From contig JAWOHE010000071.1 of the NCBI GenBank assembly GCA_046485285.1, forward strand, positions 1 through 19,633: 19,633 bases of DNA. Reading direction: 5' to 3'. This DNA comes from a bacterium. GTDB lineage: Bacteria; Hydrothermota; Tepidihabitantia; Tepidihabitantales; Tepidihabitantaceae. A program made the translations under genes and the position numbers. Each line of letters opens with the position of its first letter. Position 1 is the first letter of the stretch. The notes beneath the pieces were generated by a model. It was not told the origin of the DNA and did no database searches. It saw nothing but the letters and a program-made list of their open reading frames with translations. This document shows, piece after piece, positions 7,905 to 17,191 of this stretch.

Positions 7905-8233
7905 CGCGCATCCCCTCGCTGGCCGCCCGCTGGCGCGTCGGCAGGGCCCGGCTCGGCGCAAGCGCAGGGCGTCCCACCGCACTTGGGACAGCCCGACGCG
8001 TATTTCGCGCACGCCACCTCGAGGTCGACGCCCTCAAGCGTCGCGAGGCTCGCCAGCCAGGCCAGCACGTCGGCGAACTCCTCGCGGAGGTTGTCCGGCT
8101 CGCCGCGACGCATCGCCCGCGCCAGCTCGCCGGTCTCCTCGACCAGCCAGCGGAACGTCCCGTCGCGGCCGCGCCGGGAGTCCTTCGCGAAGTACGCCCT
8201 GCGAATCAGCGCCTGGAACTCGGCGATTGTCAC
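7901..8233 (-). CDS. MazG-like nucleotide pyrophosphohydrolase with C-terminal Cys cluster
   Basis: WLVEETGELA and EEFADVLAWLASLA all-alpha NTP-PPase motifs; CPKCGGTPCAC tail. Confidence 0.88.
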   Translation of the reverse strand: MTIAEFQALIRRAYFAKDSRRGRDGTFRWLVEETGELARAMRRGEPDNLREEFADVLAWLASLATLEGVDLEVACAKYASGCPKCGGTPCACAEPGPADAPAGGQRGDAR

Positions 8234-8239
8234 CGCGTC

Positions 8240-8267
8240 AGTATCGGGGAAACGCCCCCGCTGTCAA
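8240..8267 (-). promoter_or_regulatory. Putative internal promoter for the MazG-like gene and membrane cluster
   Basis: TTGACA (8267-8262, overlapping the upstream stop)-N16-GATACT (8245-8240), 6 nt before GTG 8233; no SD. Confidence 0.45.
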
Positions 8268-9337
8268 CACCGTCTTCGCTCGAGCAGGGAAGCGAAAGCC
8301 TCGACGCGGGTCTGGAAGCCGACCTCGCTCGTGTGCTCGTCCAGCGACAGCGACAGGAACGGTATCCTGTAGTCGCGGCTCGCCCGCTCCAGCGCCGGCT
8401 GGACGACCGTGCCCGGCATGCACCCGAACGGGTGGACGTGGATGACGCCGTCATAGCCGGACCGCGCCGCCAGGATCAGGTGGCCGAGCGAGTTCTCGTC
8501 CTCGCCGCCGACGCAGTCCCGCCAGTACCGGCGCGCGGCCCGGCGGGCGCGAACCAGCTCGCCCTTGCCAACCCGAAACCCGTGGAAGCCCAGCCAGCGG
8601 TGCTCGGTCAGGAACGGCTCGACCTCGACCCCGATCTCGCCCAGCCTGGCGATGATGTCGAAGTTGATGAACGGCTCGATCGTGCAGAAGCTCTCCCCGA
8701 CCAGCATCACCCTCGGCACCCGGCCGCGGCCGTCGAGTGGCACCCTCGCGAATGAGCCCGGGATCGACCGCTCCAGCCGAGCCAGCCCGGCGACGCTCCC
8801 GGTCGCCTCGATGGCCCGGACGAGATCCCGGTACGCGGCCCGGCAGTCGCGCGGCCGTGCCGCGCGCGGCATCGTCCGGCGACAGCACTCCTGCGCGCAA
8901 TCGAGCGCCCGCGACTTGTGCCAGCCCAACCGCAACGCCCGCGCCAGCCTGACCGCGGCACGCTCCGTCCGCCCGCCGCTCAGCGCGATGAGCTCGCGGG
9001 CAATCGCCCCGAGACTGTCATGCCGTAGTTCGATCAGCCGGAAGCGATAGCCCCGACCGCGCAGGATCTCGGCCTGCAGCCGCCCGTAGTAGCCGAATCG
9101 GCACGACCACGACCCGCTCACGTAGGCGAGGGTGTCCGCGCCCAGCTCGAGGCTCCGGACCATGTTTCCCAGCGTCAGCTTGAACGGTATGCACATCAGC
9201 TCGGGCGCCAGCCTGACCCCGAGCTCAAGTACCCTTCGGTCCGGCGGCGGCGGCACGACCGGCTCGATGCCCAGCTCGCGCAGAATCGGCGCGAGCACGA
9301 CCCGGATCTCGCCCATGTACGGGAACGCGAGCTTCAT
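8264..9337 (-). CDS. CoA-substrate activase / 2-hydroxyacyl-CoA dehydratase-related Fe-S protein (COG3581-like)
   Basis: MKLAFPYMG, PELMCIPFKLTLGN, SCRFGYY, LVGE, DGVIHVHPFGCMP, LDEHTSEVGFQTRVEAF. Confidence 0.8.
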   Translation of the reverse strand: MKLAFPYMGEIRVVLAPILRELGIEPVVPPPPDRRVLELGVRLAPELMCIPFKLTLGNMVRSLELGADTLAYVSGSWSCRFGYYGRLQAEILRGRGYRFRLIELRHDSLGAIARELIALSGGRTERAAVRLARALRLGWHKSRALDCAQECCRRTMPRAARPRDCRAAYRDLVRAIEATGSVAGLARLERSIPGSFARVPLDGRGRVPRVMLVGESFCTIEPFINFDIIARLGEIGVEVEPFLTEHRWLGFHGFRVGKGELVRARRAARRYWRDCVGGEDENSLGHLILAARSGYDGVIHVHPFGCMPGTVVQPALERASRDYRIPFLSLSLDEHTSEVGFQTRVEAFASLLERRRC

Positions 9338-10278
9338 CGACCGACCGCCGCCGAATCCAGGCGCCGGCTTGCGCGCGGCCGCCTCAGCATCTCGACGAAC
9401 GACTCCAGTCGGGTGGCCAGCCCGCCCGGGCTCGAATGCTCGTCGAATAGGAGCTCGAGAATCGGCATCCCGGCCTCCCGGCCCGGCACCCGCCGCACCG
9501 ACAGCCGTATCAACTCGTTGGTCACCGCCGCCGTACCGCAGGCGAAGCTCGCCGCCAGCACCAGCCCGCCAACCTCGGGGTCGGCGGCCGCCCGAAACGC
9601 GGCTCGCAGCAGCTCACGTTCGAACCGCCAGTTCGGCTCGAAGCACCCCGGCGGCACCGAGTCGGCGACGCCGGGCCGGGCGACAAATGGAGACGCCCCG
9701 GCGCGTCGCAGCGCCGCCACGACACCCATGCTCAACTCGTCGTCGCCCAGCAGGTAATCGTGCCCGACGACAGCGACTCTCGGGCCGCTTGCGTTGGCCG
9801 CGTCAACACCCACCCCGGCTGAGACAACCGACCGCGCCGCGCGCAGGGCGCGGCGCCAGCGACCACCACCGACGCCCAGCGCACGTGCCAACCGGCGGAA
9901 CGACTCGTCCTCGGAATGCGCCCGCTCGTCGAAGACGATTTCGGCCGCCGGCGGCAGGTCGGGCAGGAGCGCGCGGGTCAGGTCCGGCAGGGCCAGCGCC
10001 TTCGGGCAGGCGAACTCGATGTCACCGTCCCGGCGCCAGCACACCAGCCTCGGCAAGAGAAGCCGGTCGACCGAGGGCGCGAGCGTGACCACGTGGCCGA
10101 GGAACGCCTTGACCGGCAGGCACAGCTCGGCCGGGGCAATCCGGATTCCGGCGAGCAGCATCCGGCGGCTGGTCGGCGGTGAGACCCGGACTTCGAAGCC
10201 GAGCCCGGCAATGAAGGACTCCCAGGCAGGCAGGAACCGGTAGGCGTCGAGGGCGCGGCAGATGCCAACAGTCTGCAA
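9334..10278 (-). CDS. Acyl-CoA dehydratase activase-related protein (DUF2229/COG3580-like)
   Basis: VGICRAL, VSPPT, ELCLPVKAFLGHV, ACPKALALPDL, VVGHDY, SFACGT, DEHSSPGGLATRLESFVEML; TTG start. Confidence 0.8.
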   Translation of the reverse strand: MQTVGICRALDAYRFLPAWESFIAGLGFEVRVSPPTSRRMLLAGIRIAPAELCLPVKAFLGHVVTLAPSVDRLLLPRLVCWRRDGDIEFACPKALALPDLTRALLPDLPPAAEIVFDERAHSEDESFRRLARALGVGGGRWRRALRAARSVVSAGVGVDAANASGPRVAVVGHDYLLGDDELSMGVVAALRRAGASPFVARPGVADSVPPGCFEPNWRFERELLRAAFRAAADPEVGGLVLAASFACGTAAVTNELIRLSVRRVPGREAGMPILELLFDEHSSPGGLATRLESFVEMLRRPRASRRLDSAAVGR

Positions 10279-10287
10279 GAGAACCCG

Positions 10288-10355
10288 ATTCTATTGGCGC
10301 GCGCCGGGCAGTCAAACGGCCGGCCGGTTGACTCGGCCGCACCCGGCAATATAGT
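10288..10355. promoter_or_regulatory. Back-to-back divergent sigma70 promoters
   Basis: Minus: TTGACT (10315-10310)-N16-TAGAAT (10293-10288). Plus: TTGACT (10328-10333)-N16-TATAGT (10350-10355). Confidence 0.75.
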
Positions 10356-10364
10356 CGAGTCACC

Positions 10365-12878
10365 GTGAAGACGCTGACAGCCGTCCTGTTCTCCGCAATG
10401 GCCGCGCTCGTGGCCGGGAACCTTCCCGCCCTCCCGGACAGCATCGTCGTCCGTGACTGGCTGGTCGCCGGGCCGTTCCCGGCCGGCCCGCGCGAGGGCA
10501 TTACCGGTGTCGTCGAGGACGCCGCGAGCTTCCGGCCCACGCCGGGCGAGACGCTCTGGTCCGCACTCGTCCAGGGCGGACGGCTGACCTGGCGCGCGGC
10601 CAGGGCCGACTCAGCCGGGTGGCTCGAGACCGGCTACGAAGGCGTCCGATGGGACACCATCCAGGACTACCTGGGCATCGCCGGACTCTACGGCGCGGGC
10701 TACGCCTGGGCCGAGTTCGAGAGCCCGCGGGCAGGGCGGGCGCTGGCGAAGACCTCCCGGCTCGGCGGCTTCCACCTCAACGGCCGCGGCTACCCGGCCG
10801 ATGTCTACGGAGACGGCTGGTTGGAGGTCCCGGTCCTGGTTGACTCGGGACCGAACCGGGTCCTGCTCCGGCTCGCCGGGTTTGGCGATTCGCGGGTCCG
10901 GTTCGCGCTCGTTCCCCCGCCCGGACCGGTCCTGCTCGTCACCGGCGACGCCACCCTCCCCGACCTCGAGGCCGACTCCGCGCTCGCGGCCTGGGTCGGA
11001 ATCCCGCTGGTCAATACGACCGAACGCCGCCTCGACTCGGTGCTGGTCCGGCTCTGCGCCGGCGCCGACACCGTCGACACGGTCGTCAATAACCTGCCCG
11101 GCCTCGGCGCGAAGAAGGTGCCGATCCGGCTCTCCTTCCCGGCCGCCGCCTTCGACAGCGCCGAGCCGTGGCTCCCGGTAGTCGTGACGGTTTCGGCGGG
11201 CGGCTACGCCCGCACCGACACGCTCCGCGCCGCGGTCCGCCGCCCGGGCCAGCCGGTCCGCCGGACGTTCCGGTCCGGGATTGACGGCTCCTGCCAGTAC
11301 TACGCGGTGATGAAGCCGTCGAACCAGGACCCCGCCCGCCGCTACCCGGTCATCTACACGCTCCACGGCGCGGGTGTCGAGGCTTGGGGCCAGGCCAACG
11401 CTTACCGCCAGAAGGACTGGGCCTTCGTCGTCGCACCGACCAACCGGCGGCGCTACGGCTTCGACTGGCAGGACTGGGGCCGGCTCGACGCCGTCGAGGT
11501 TCTCGACACGGTCCTCGCCCGCCTGCCGATCGACCCGGACCGCGTGCTCCTGGCCGGCGGCTCGATGGGCGGCCACGGCGCCTGGCACGTCGGGCTCACG
11601 CACCCGGACCGCTTCGCGGTGGTGGCGCCCCAGGCGAGCTGGCCGACCCACCAGCTCTACGTGCCGTGGTACCTCCAGCGCAGCGCGATCTTTGCCCAGC
11701 CCGGCCAGCTCGCGGTCCGCGACCGCGTACTGCGCTCGGACAACGTGCCGGCAATGCTCGGCAACGCGCTCAACCTCCCGTTCTTCATCCTCCACGGCGG
11801 CGACGACGACAACGTCCCGACGTTCCACGGCCGCAACTTCGCGGCCTGGCTCAACGAGCTCGGCACGGAGTTCGTCTACCGCGAGGTCCCGGGCCGCGGT
11901 CACTGGTGGAGCGACGAGGAACTCGGCACGACCGTCTGCGACGACACCGCGCTCATCGCCTACATCCGCGACCGCCGGCGCGACGCCGGGCCCCGCCGCG
12001 TCCGGCTCCGGACCGCCGACCTCGGCACCGCCAACAAGGCCTGGTGGTGCGAAATCGAGCGGGTCATCCGGGTCGGCCAGGATGCGGAGATTGACGCCCG
12101 GGCCGGCGACGCGAGCATCGCCGTCCGAACGACGAACGTCGCCCGGTTCAGCCTCGAGCTCACCGGCCAGCCGTTCTTCGCCGGCCGGGTCGGCTTCGAG
12201 GTCGACGGCCGCGCGGTCGGTCGGCCGGTTGACCTGCCCGGCCGGTTCACGTTCCACCGCACGGCGAGGGGATGGACGGTCGGCCCGGGCCGGCCCGACC
12301 CGGCCGCCAAGACCCCGCGCCGCTACGGCCCCTGCCGGCAGGCGATGATGCGGCCCTTCACGCTCGTCTATGGCACGCAGGACCCTGCGCTCGCCGACGA
12401 CCTCCGCTCCGCCGCGACCGCCGAGGCGACCCGCTGGTGGCTCATCGCCAACGGCCTCTGCGAGGTGCTTCCCGACACGGCCGCTTCCCCGGCCGCCCTC
12501 GCCGGGCATAACCTCGTCCTCCTCGGCGGCGCGGACGCCAACGCCGTCACCCGCCGCCTCGCCGGCCGCCTGCCGATCGGCGCCCGCGACGGTGAGCTCT
12601 TCCTCGGCGACCGCCGGCTAGGTCCCGACCTCGCCGCGATGTTCGTCTACCCGGACCCGGACGACCCGGCGCGGCTGGTGCTGGTCCGGCTTGGCACCGA
12701 CGCCGAGCACACCCGGCTCGCCAACTTCTGGGGCCTCGTCCATTCCGGCGCCGGCATCCCGGACTTCATCGTCTTCGACCGCTCGGTCCGGCGACTCGGC
12801 TGGGGTGGAGTCCGCGCCGCCGGCTTCTTCGACCCGGACTGGCGATTCGACCCGGCCTCGAGCTGGCTCGCGGAGTAA
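10365..12878 (+). CDS. Secreted alpha/beta-hydrolase (prolyl oligopeptidase S9-like serine hydrolase) with accessory domains
   Basis: Signal peptide; LHGAG, GGSMGGHG nucleophile elbow, ILHGGDDDNVP (Asp), GRGHWW (His). Confidence 0.85.
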   Translation: MKTLTAVLFSAMAALVAGNLPALPDSIVVRDWLVAGPFPAGPREGITGVVEDAASFRPTPGETLWSALVQGGRLTWRAARADSAGWLETGYEGVRWDTIQDYLGIAGLYGAGYAWAEFESPRAGRALAKTSRLGGFHLNGRGYPADVYGDGWLEVPVLVDSGPNRVLLRLAGFGDSRVRFALVPPPGPVLLVTGDATLPDLEADSALAAWVGIPLVNTTERRLDSVLVRLCAGADTVDTVVNNLPGLGAKKVPIRLSFPAAAFDSAEPWLPVVVTVSAGGYARTDTLRAAVRRPGQPVRRTFRSGIDGSCQYYAVMKPSNQDPARRYPVIYTLHGAGVEAWGQANAYRQKDWAFVVAPTNRRRYGFDWQDWGRLDAVEVLDTVLARLPIDPDRVLLAGGSMGGHGAWHVGLTHPDRFAVVAPQASWPTHQLYVPWYLQRSAIFAQPGQLAVRDRVLRSDNVPAMLGNALNLPFFILHGGDDDNVPTFHGRNFAAWLNELGTEFVYREVPGRGHWWSDEELGTTVCDDTALIAYIRDRRRDAGPRRVRLRTADLGTANKAWWCEIERVIRVGQDAEIDARAGDASIAVRTTNVARFSLELTGQPFFAGRVGFEVDGRAVGRPVDLPGRFTFHRTARGWTVGPGRPDPAAKTPRRYGPCRQAMMRPFTLVYGTQDPALADDLRSAATAEATRWWLIANGLCEVLPDTAASPAALAGHNLVLLGGADANAVTRRLAGRLPIGARDGELFLGDRRLGPDLAAMFVYPDPDDPARLVLVRLGTDAEHTRLANFWGLVHSGAGIPDFIVFDRSVRRLGWGGVRAAGFFDPDWRFDPASSWLAE

Positions 12879-12883
12879 CCCGC

Positions 12884-13753
12884 CTGGCCTCGATCGAGCT
12901 CGCCGCCCGCGCCAAGGTCAACCTCGGCCTCTGGGTCGGTCCCCGACGGCCGGACGGCTACCACGACATCGTCAGCGTCGTCGCGCCGCTCGAGCTCGCC
13001 GACACGGTATCGGTGCGGACCGCCGCGCGCGGGCTCACGGTCCGGACCGACGACCCGGCCCTGCCCGCCGACGAGGAGAATCTCGCCGGCCGGGCCGCGC
13101 GCGCCTTCCTCGACGCGGTCGGCAGCCGGGCCGGCTGCCGCGTCCGCATCCGAAAGCGCATCCCGGTCGGCGCCGGCCTCGGCGGCGGGTCGGCCGACGC
13201 CGCCGCGGTGCTCGCCGGCCTCAACCGGCTCCACGGCCGGCCGCTCGCCGGCCGCGAGCTCCGCGCGCTCGGCGCCCGGGTCGGCAGCGACGTCCCGGCC
13301 CTGCTCGCCGGCCGCGCCTGCGCGGTCCGCGGCCGGGGCGAGCGCGTCCGCCCGGTCCGCCTGCCCCGCCTCCGGCTCATCCTTCACCTGCCCGGCTTCG
13401 GGGTGTCGACCGCCTGGGCGTACCGGCGGCTCGACGCCCTCCGCCGGGACGGCCGCGCCTTGACAGGGCCACCCGTTTCACCTAAGATGATCGCGCTCTC
13501 GTTGAGAGGGCAAGAACCGGACCGGGTCGCCTGCCTGCTCGCGAACAGCTTCGAGCCGGTCGTGTTCCGGCGCTACCCGGCGCTCGGACGCGCCCGCGCC
13601 GCGCTCCTGCGGCACGGCTGTTCGGCGGCCTCCCTCTCCGGCTCCGGCAGTACGGTCTACGGCCTGGTGTCGGCAACGCGGCAGGACCGGGAAGACCCGA
13701 TGGCCGCCCTGGCGCGCGTCGGCCTTCCCTGCATCGCAACCCGCACCGCCTGA
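12884..13753 (+). CDS. ispE: 4-diphosphocytidyl-2-C-methyl-D-erythritol kinase
   Basis: AKVNLGL, RRPDGYHDI (upstream of the tracked ORF start), KRIPVGAGLGGGSADAA, GSDVP, GRGE, NSFE, LSGSGSTVY; start inferred at CTG 12884. Confidence 0.93.
   Translation: MASIELAARAKVNLGLWVGPRRPDGYHDIVSVVAPLELADTVSVRTAARGLTVRTDDPALPADEENLAGRAARAFLDAVGSRAGCRVRIRKRIPVGAGLGGGSADAAAVLAGLNRLHGRPLAGRELRALGARVGSDVPALLAGRACAVRGRGERVRPVRLPRLRLILHLPGFGVSTAWAYRRLDALRRDGRALTGPPVSPKMIALSLRGQEPDRVACLLANSFEPVVFRRYPALGRARAALLRHGCSAASLSGSGSTVYGLVSATRQDREDPMAALARVGLPCIATRTA
13460..13488 (+). promoter_or_regulatory. Promoter inside ispE for tRNA-Gln-prs-rplY-pth
   Basis: TTGACA (13460-13465)-N17-TAAGAT (13483-13488), with a local run of AT-rich codons. 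Confidence 0.7.
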
Positions 13754-13755
13754 CC

Positions 13756-13770
13756 GCCTGCCCGGCAGGC
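13756..13770. repeat. Short palindrome between ispE and the tRNA
   Basis: GCCTGCC-C-GGCAGGC perfect inverted repeat. Confidence 0.6.
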
Positions 13771-13773
13771 ATT

Positions 13774-13844
13774 TGGGGCGTCGTCTAAGGGCAGGACCCG
13801 GGATTTTGGATCCCGGTGTGGAGGTTCGAATCCTCCCGCCCCAG
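13774..13844 (+). tRNA. tRNA-Gln (TTG)
   Basis: Acceptor TGGGGCG/CGCCCCA, anticodon arm CGGGA-TTTTGGA-TCCCG, T arm GGAGG-TTCGAAT-CCTCC, discriminator G; CCA not encoded. Confidence 0.96.
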
Positions 13845-13895
13845 CTCCTGACCGAGACCGACCGGCCGACGGACGATTCGAGAAAGCGAGGCAGT

Positions 13896-14837
<942 letters not shown>

Positions 14838-14851
14838 AGAAGCGAGGAGAT

Positions 14852-15514
14852 ATGGCCTACATCGCCAAAGCAACATCCCGGACCGAGACCGGCAAGGGCC
14901 GCATCCGCAAGCTGCGCCGCGGCGGCATCGTCCCGGCCGTCGTCTACGGCCACGGCGACCCCTCGGCAATGCTCAGCCTCAACGAGCACGACTTCGGCCG
15001 CCTGCTCGACAAGCTCCGCGGCCACAGCCCGATCGTCGAGCTCGACATCGACGGCAAGTCGACCCGCTGCGTCATCAAGACCCTCCAGCGCAACCCGGTC
15101 AACGGCCGGCTTCTTCACGTCGACTTCCAGAAAGTCCACGCCGACGAGAAGATCACCATCAACGTCCCGGTCCTGCTCCACGGCACCGCGATCGGCGTCA
15201 AGGAGGGCGGGATGCTCGACCACCTGCTGCGCGAGGTCCCGGTCCGCGCGACCATCAGCCGGATACCCGAGCACTTCGACGTCGACGTCACCGAGCTGAA
15301 GATGGGCGAGAGCGTCCACCTCTCCCGGCTCGCCGCCGAGGAAATCGAGTTCACCCTGCCGCCCGAGTCCGCGGTCGTCACCGTCCTCGCCCCGCGCAAA
15401 CTCATTGCCGAGACGCCCAAGGTCGAGGCGGCCGAGGGCGAGGCGCCTGCCGAGGGCGAGGCGGCCAAGGAGCCGGCGGCCGAGGAGAAGACCGAAGAGA
15501 AGAAGAAGAAGTAG
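14852..15514 (+). CDS. rplY: 50S ribosomal protein L25 / Ctc
   Basis: SD GAGGAG; GKG..RKLRRGGIVPAVVYGHG, LLHVDFQ, GVKEGG; acidic tail. Confidence 0.96.
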   Translation: MAYIAKATSRTETGKGRIRKLRRGGIVPAVVYGHGDPSAMLSLNEHDFGRLLDKLRGHSPIVELDIDGKSTRCVIKTLQRNPVNGRLLHVDFQKVHADEKITINVPVLLHGTAIGVKEGGMLDHLLREVPVRATISRIPEHFDVDVTELKMGESVHLSRLAAEEIEFTLPPESAVVTVLAPRKLIAETPKVEAAEGEAPAEGEAAKEPAAEEKTEEKKKK

Positions 15515-15533
15515 CCGCCGGACGCGGGACGCG

Positions 15534-16121
15534 GTGACGCTATTTGGCCTCGGCAACCCGGGCGGGCGCTATGCCGCCACCCGGCACAACGCCGGCTTCA
15601 TGGTCCTCGATGAGCTGGCCCGGCGCCTGCGCGCGCGCTTCCGCGCCGCCGACGGGCGTGACGCCGTCCGCGCCGACTGGCGGGGCCGCGACCTCGTCCT
15701 CGTCAAGCCGACGCGCTTCATGAACGAGTCCGGCCTGCCGGTCGCCGACCAGCTCCGCCGCCGGCCCGACGACTTCCTCGTCGTCTGCGACGACTTCGCC
15801 CTGCCGCTTGGCCGCCTCCGGCTCCGGCCGCAGGGCTCGGACGGCGGCCACAACGGCCTCGCCTCGATCATCGCCCGGCTCGGCACCGACCGCTTCCCGC
15901 GCCTCAGGGTCGGCATCGGCACCCCGCCGGCCGGGCAGGACTGGGCGAGCTACGTCCTCGAGCCCTTCGCGCCCGGCGAGGTCGAGCAGGTCGCCGGCAT
16001 CATCGGCCGGGCCGCCGACGCCTGCCTCGCGGTAGTCGAGCACGGCATCGAGCGGGCAATGAACCGCTTCAACCCGCCCGGCGACGCGGACCCGTCGCCC
16101 GCCCCGGGCCCGGCCTCCTGA
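15534..16121 (+). CDS. pth: Peptidyl-tRNA hydrolase
   Basis: GLGNPG..YAATRHNAGF, KPTRFMNESG, GSDGGHNGLASI, FPRLRVGIG, AMNRFN; GTG start at 15534. Confidence 0.96.
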   Translation: MTLFGLGNPGGRYAATRHNAGFMVLDELARRLRARFRAADGRDAVRADWRGRDLVLVKPTRFMNESGLPVADQLRRRPDDFLVVCDDFALPLGRLRLRPQGSDGGHNGLASIIARLGTDRFPRLRVGIGTPPAGQDWASYVLEPFAPGEVEQVAGIIGRAADACLAVVEHGIERAMNRFNPPGDADPSPAPGPAS

Positions 16122-16123
16122 CA

Positions 16124-17179
16124 ATGCGCGTCGGCATCGTCGGGCTCCCCAACGTCGGCAAGTCCTCGCTCTTCAACCTGCTCACCGGCGCGTCGGCCCG
16201 GGTTGACCGCTACCCGTTCACGACCGTCGACAAGAACGTCGGCGTCGTCATCGTCCCCGACGAACGGCTCGAGACGATCGGCCGCCTGCTCAAGCCCGAA
16301 AAGCTCACGCCCGCCCACATCGACTTCGTCGACATCGCCGGGCTGGTCGAGGGCGCGAGCCGGGGCGAGGGGCTGGGCAACCGGTTCCTAGGCCAGATCC
16401 GCGAATCCCACATCATCCTCCACATCCTCCGCAACTTCGACGCCCCGAACGCGCCCCACGTCTTCGTCGACGTCGACCCGGACCGCGACGCCGCGGTCGT
16501 CGAGGCCGAGCTCGCCCTCGCCGACCTCGCGCTCTGCGAGGCCCGGCTCGAACGCCTGCGCAAGGAGCCCCGGACCCCGGACAACGTCCTCCTGCTCGAG
16601 GCGCTCGAACCGACGACCGCCGCCCTGCGCGAGGGCTTCCGGCTCCCGGCCCTCCACGCCGAACAACTCGCCGCGCTCCGGCCGCTCCGGCTCTTCGTCA
16701 CCCTGCCGACGGTCTACGCGGTCAACTGCTCCGACACCGAGCCCGCCGACCCGGCCCGGTTCCCGGAAGTCGCCGCGCGGACCAGCCTGCTCTTCTCGTC
16801 CGCGCTCGAGGAAGCGGCGACCGGTTTCTCGGACGAGGAACGCGTCGAGCTCCGCCGCAGCCTCGGCCTCGCCCCCGAGGGCCCGGCCGGCATCACCCGG
16901 CGCTGCTTCGACGAGCTCGACCTCATCCGCTTCTACACCGTCAAGGGCGCGGAGTCCCGCGCCTGGGCCGCCCCGCGCGGCACGACCGCGGTCGATGCCG
17001 CCGCGCTCATCCACACCGACCTCGCCGCCGGCTTCATCCGCGCCGAAGTCCTCAACTACTCGGACCTCGTCGCGGCCGGCGACTTCCACCTTGCCCGCGA
17101 TGCCGGCAAGGCTAAGCTAGAAGGCAGGAACTACGTCGTCCAGGACGGCGACGTCCTGCTCATCAAGTTCCGTAACTGA
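16124..17179 (+). CDS. ychF: Redox-regulated ATPase YchF
   Basis: GLPNVGKS, YPFTT, VDIAGLVEGASRGEGLGNRFL, IHTDL..GFIRAEV, YVVQDGDV. Confidence 0.95.
   Translation: MRVGIVGLPNVGKSSLFNLLTGASARVDRYPFTTVDKNVGVVIVPDERLETIGRLLKPEKLTPAHIDFVDIAGLVEGASRGEGLGNRFLGQIRESHIILHILRNFDAPNAPHVFVDVDPDRDAAVVEAELALADLALCEARLERLRKEPRTPDNVLLLEALEPTTAALREGFRLPALHAEQLAALRPLRLFVTLPTVYAVNCSDTEPADPARFPEVAARTSLLFSSALEEAATGFSDEERVELRRSLGLAPEGPAGITRRCFDELDLIRFYTVKGAESRAWAAPRGTTAVDAAALIHTDLAAGFIRAEVLNYSDLVAAGDFHLARDAGKAKLEGRNYVVQDGDVLLIKFRN
17091..17118 (+). promoter_or_regulatory. Putative promoter inside the ychF 3' end for rpsF-ssb
   Basis: TTGCCC-N16-TAAGCT coinciding with atypical codons (CTT, GAT, GCT AAG CTA GAA). 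Confidence 0.45.
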
Positions 17180-17191
17180 CCAGGAGGAAAG

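Noticed and set aside
4680-8012. Long N-terminal extensions of tracked ORFs 4680-5879, 5309-6799 and 6786-8012
   Set aside because: Arg/Gly-rich off-frame read-through of neighbouring genes; the true starts are at stop-start overlaps (5309, 6151, 7904).
10611-12509. 632-aa antisense ORF and the many other overlapping ORFs in the track
   Set aside because: Shadow ORFs expected from high GC3 codon bias; no recognisable motifs.
15420-15514. Repeats at the rplY 3' end (GCCGAGGGCGAGGCG twice, AAG run)
   Set aside because: Ordinary low-complexity Ala/Glu/Lys tail of L25/Ctc.
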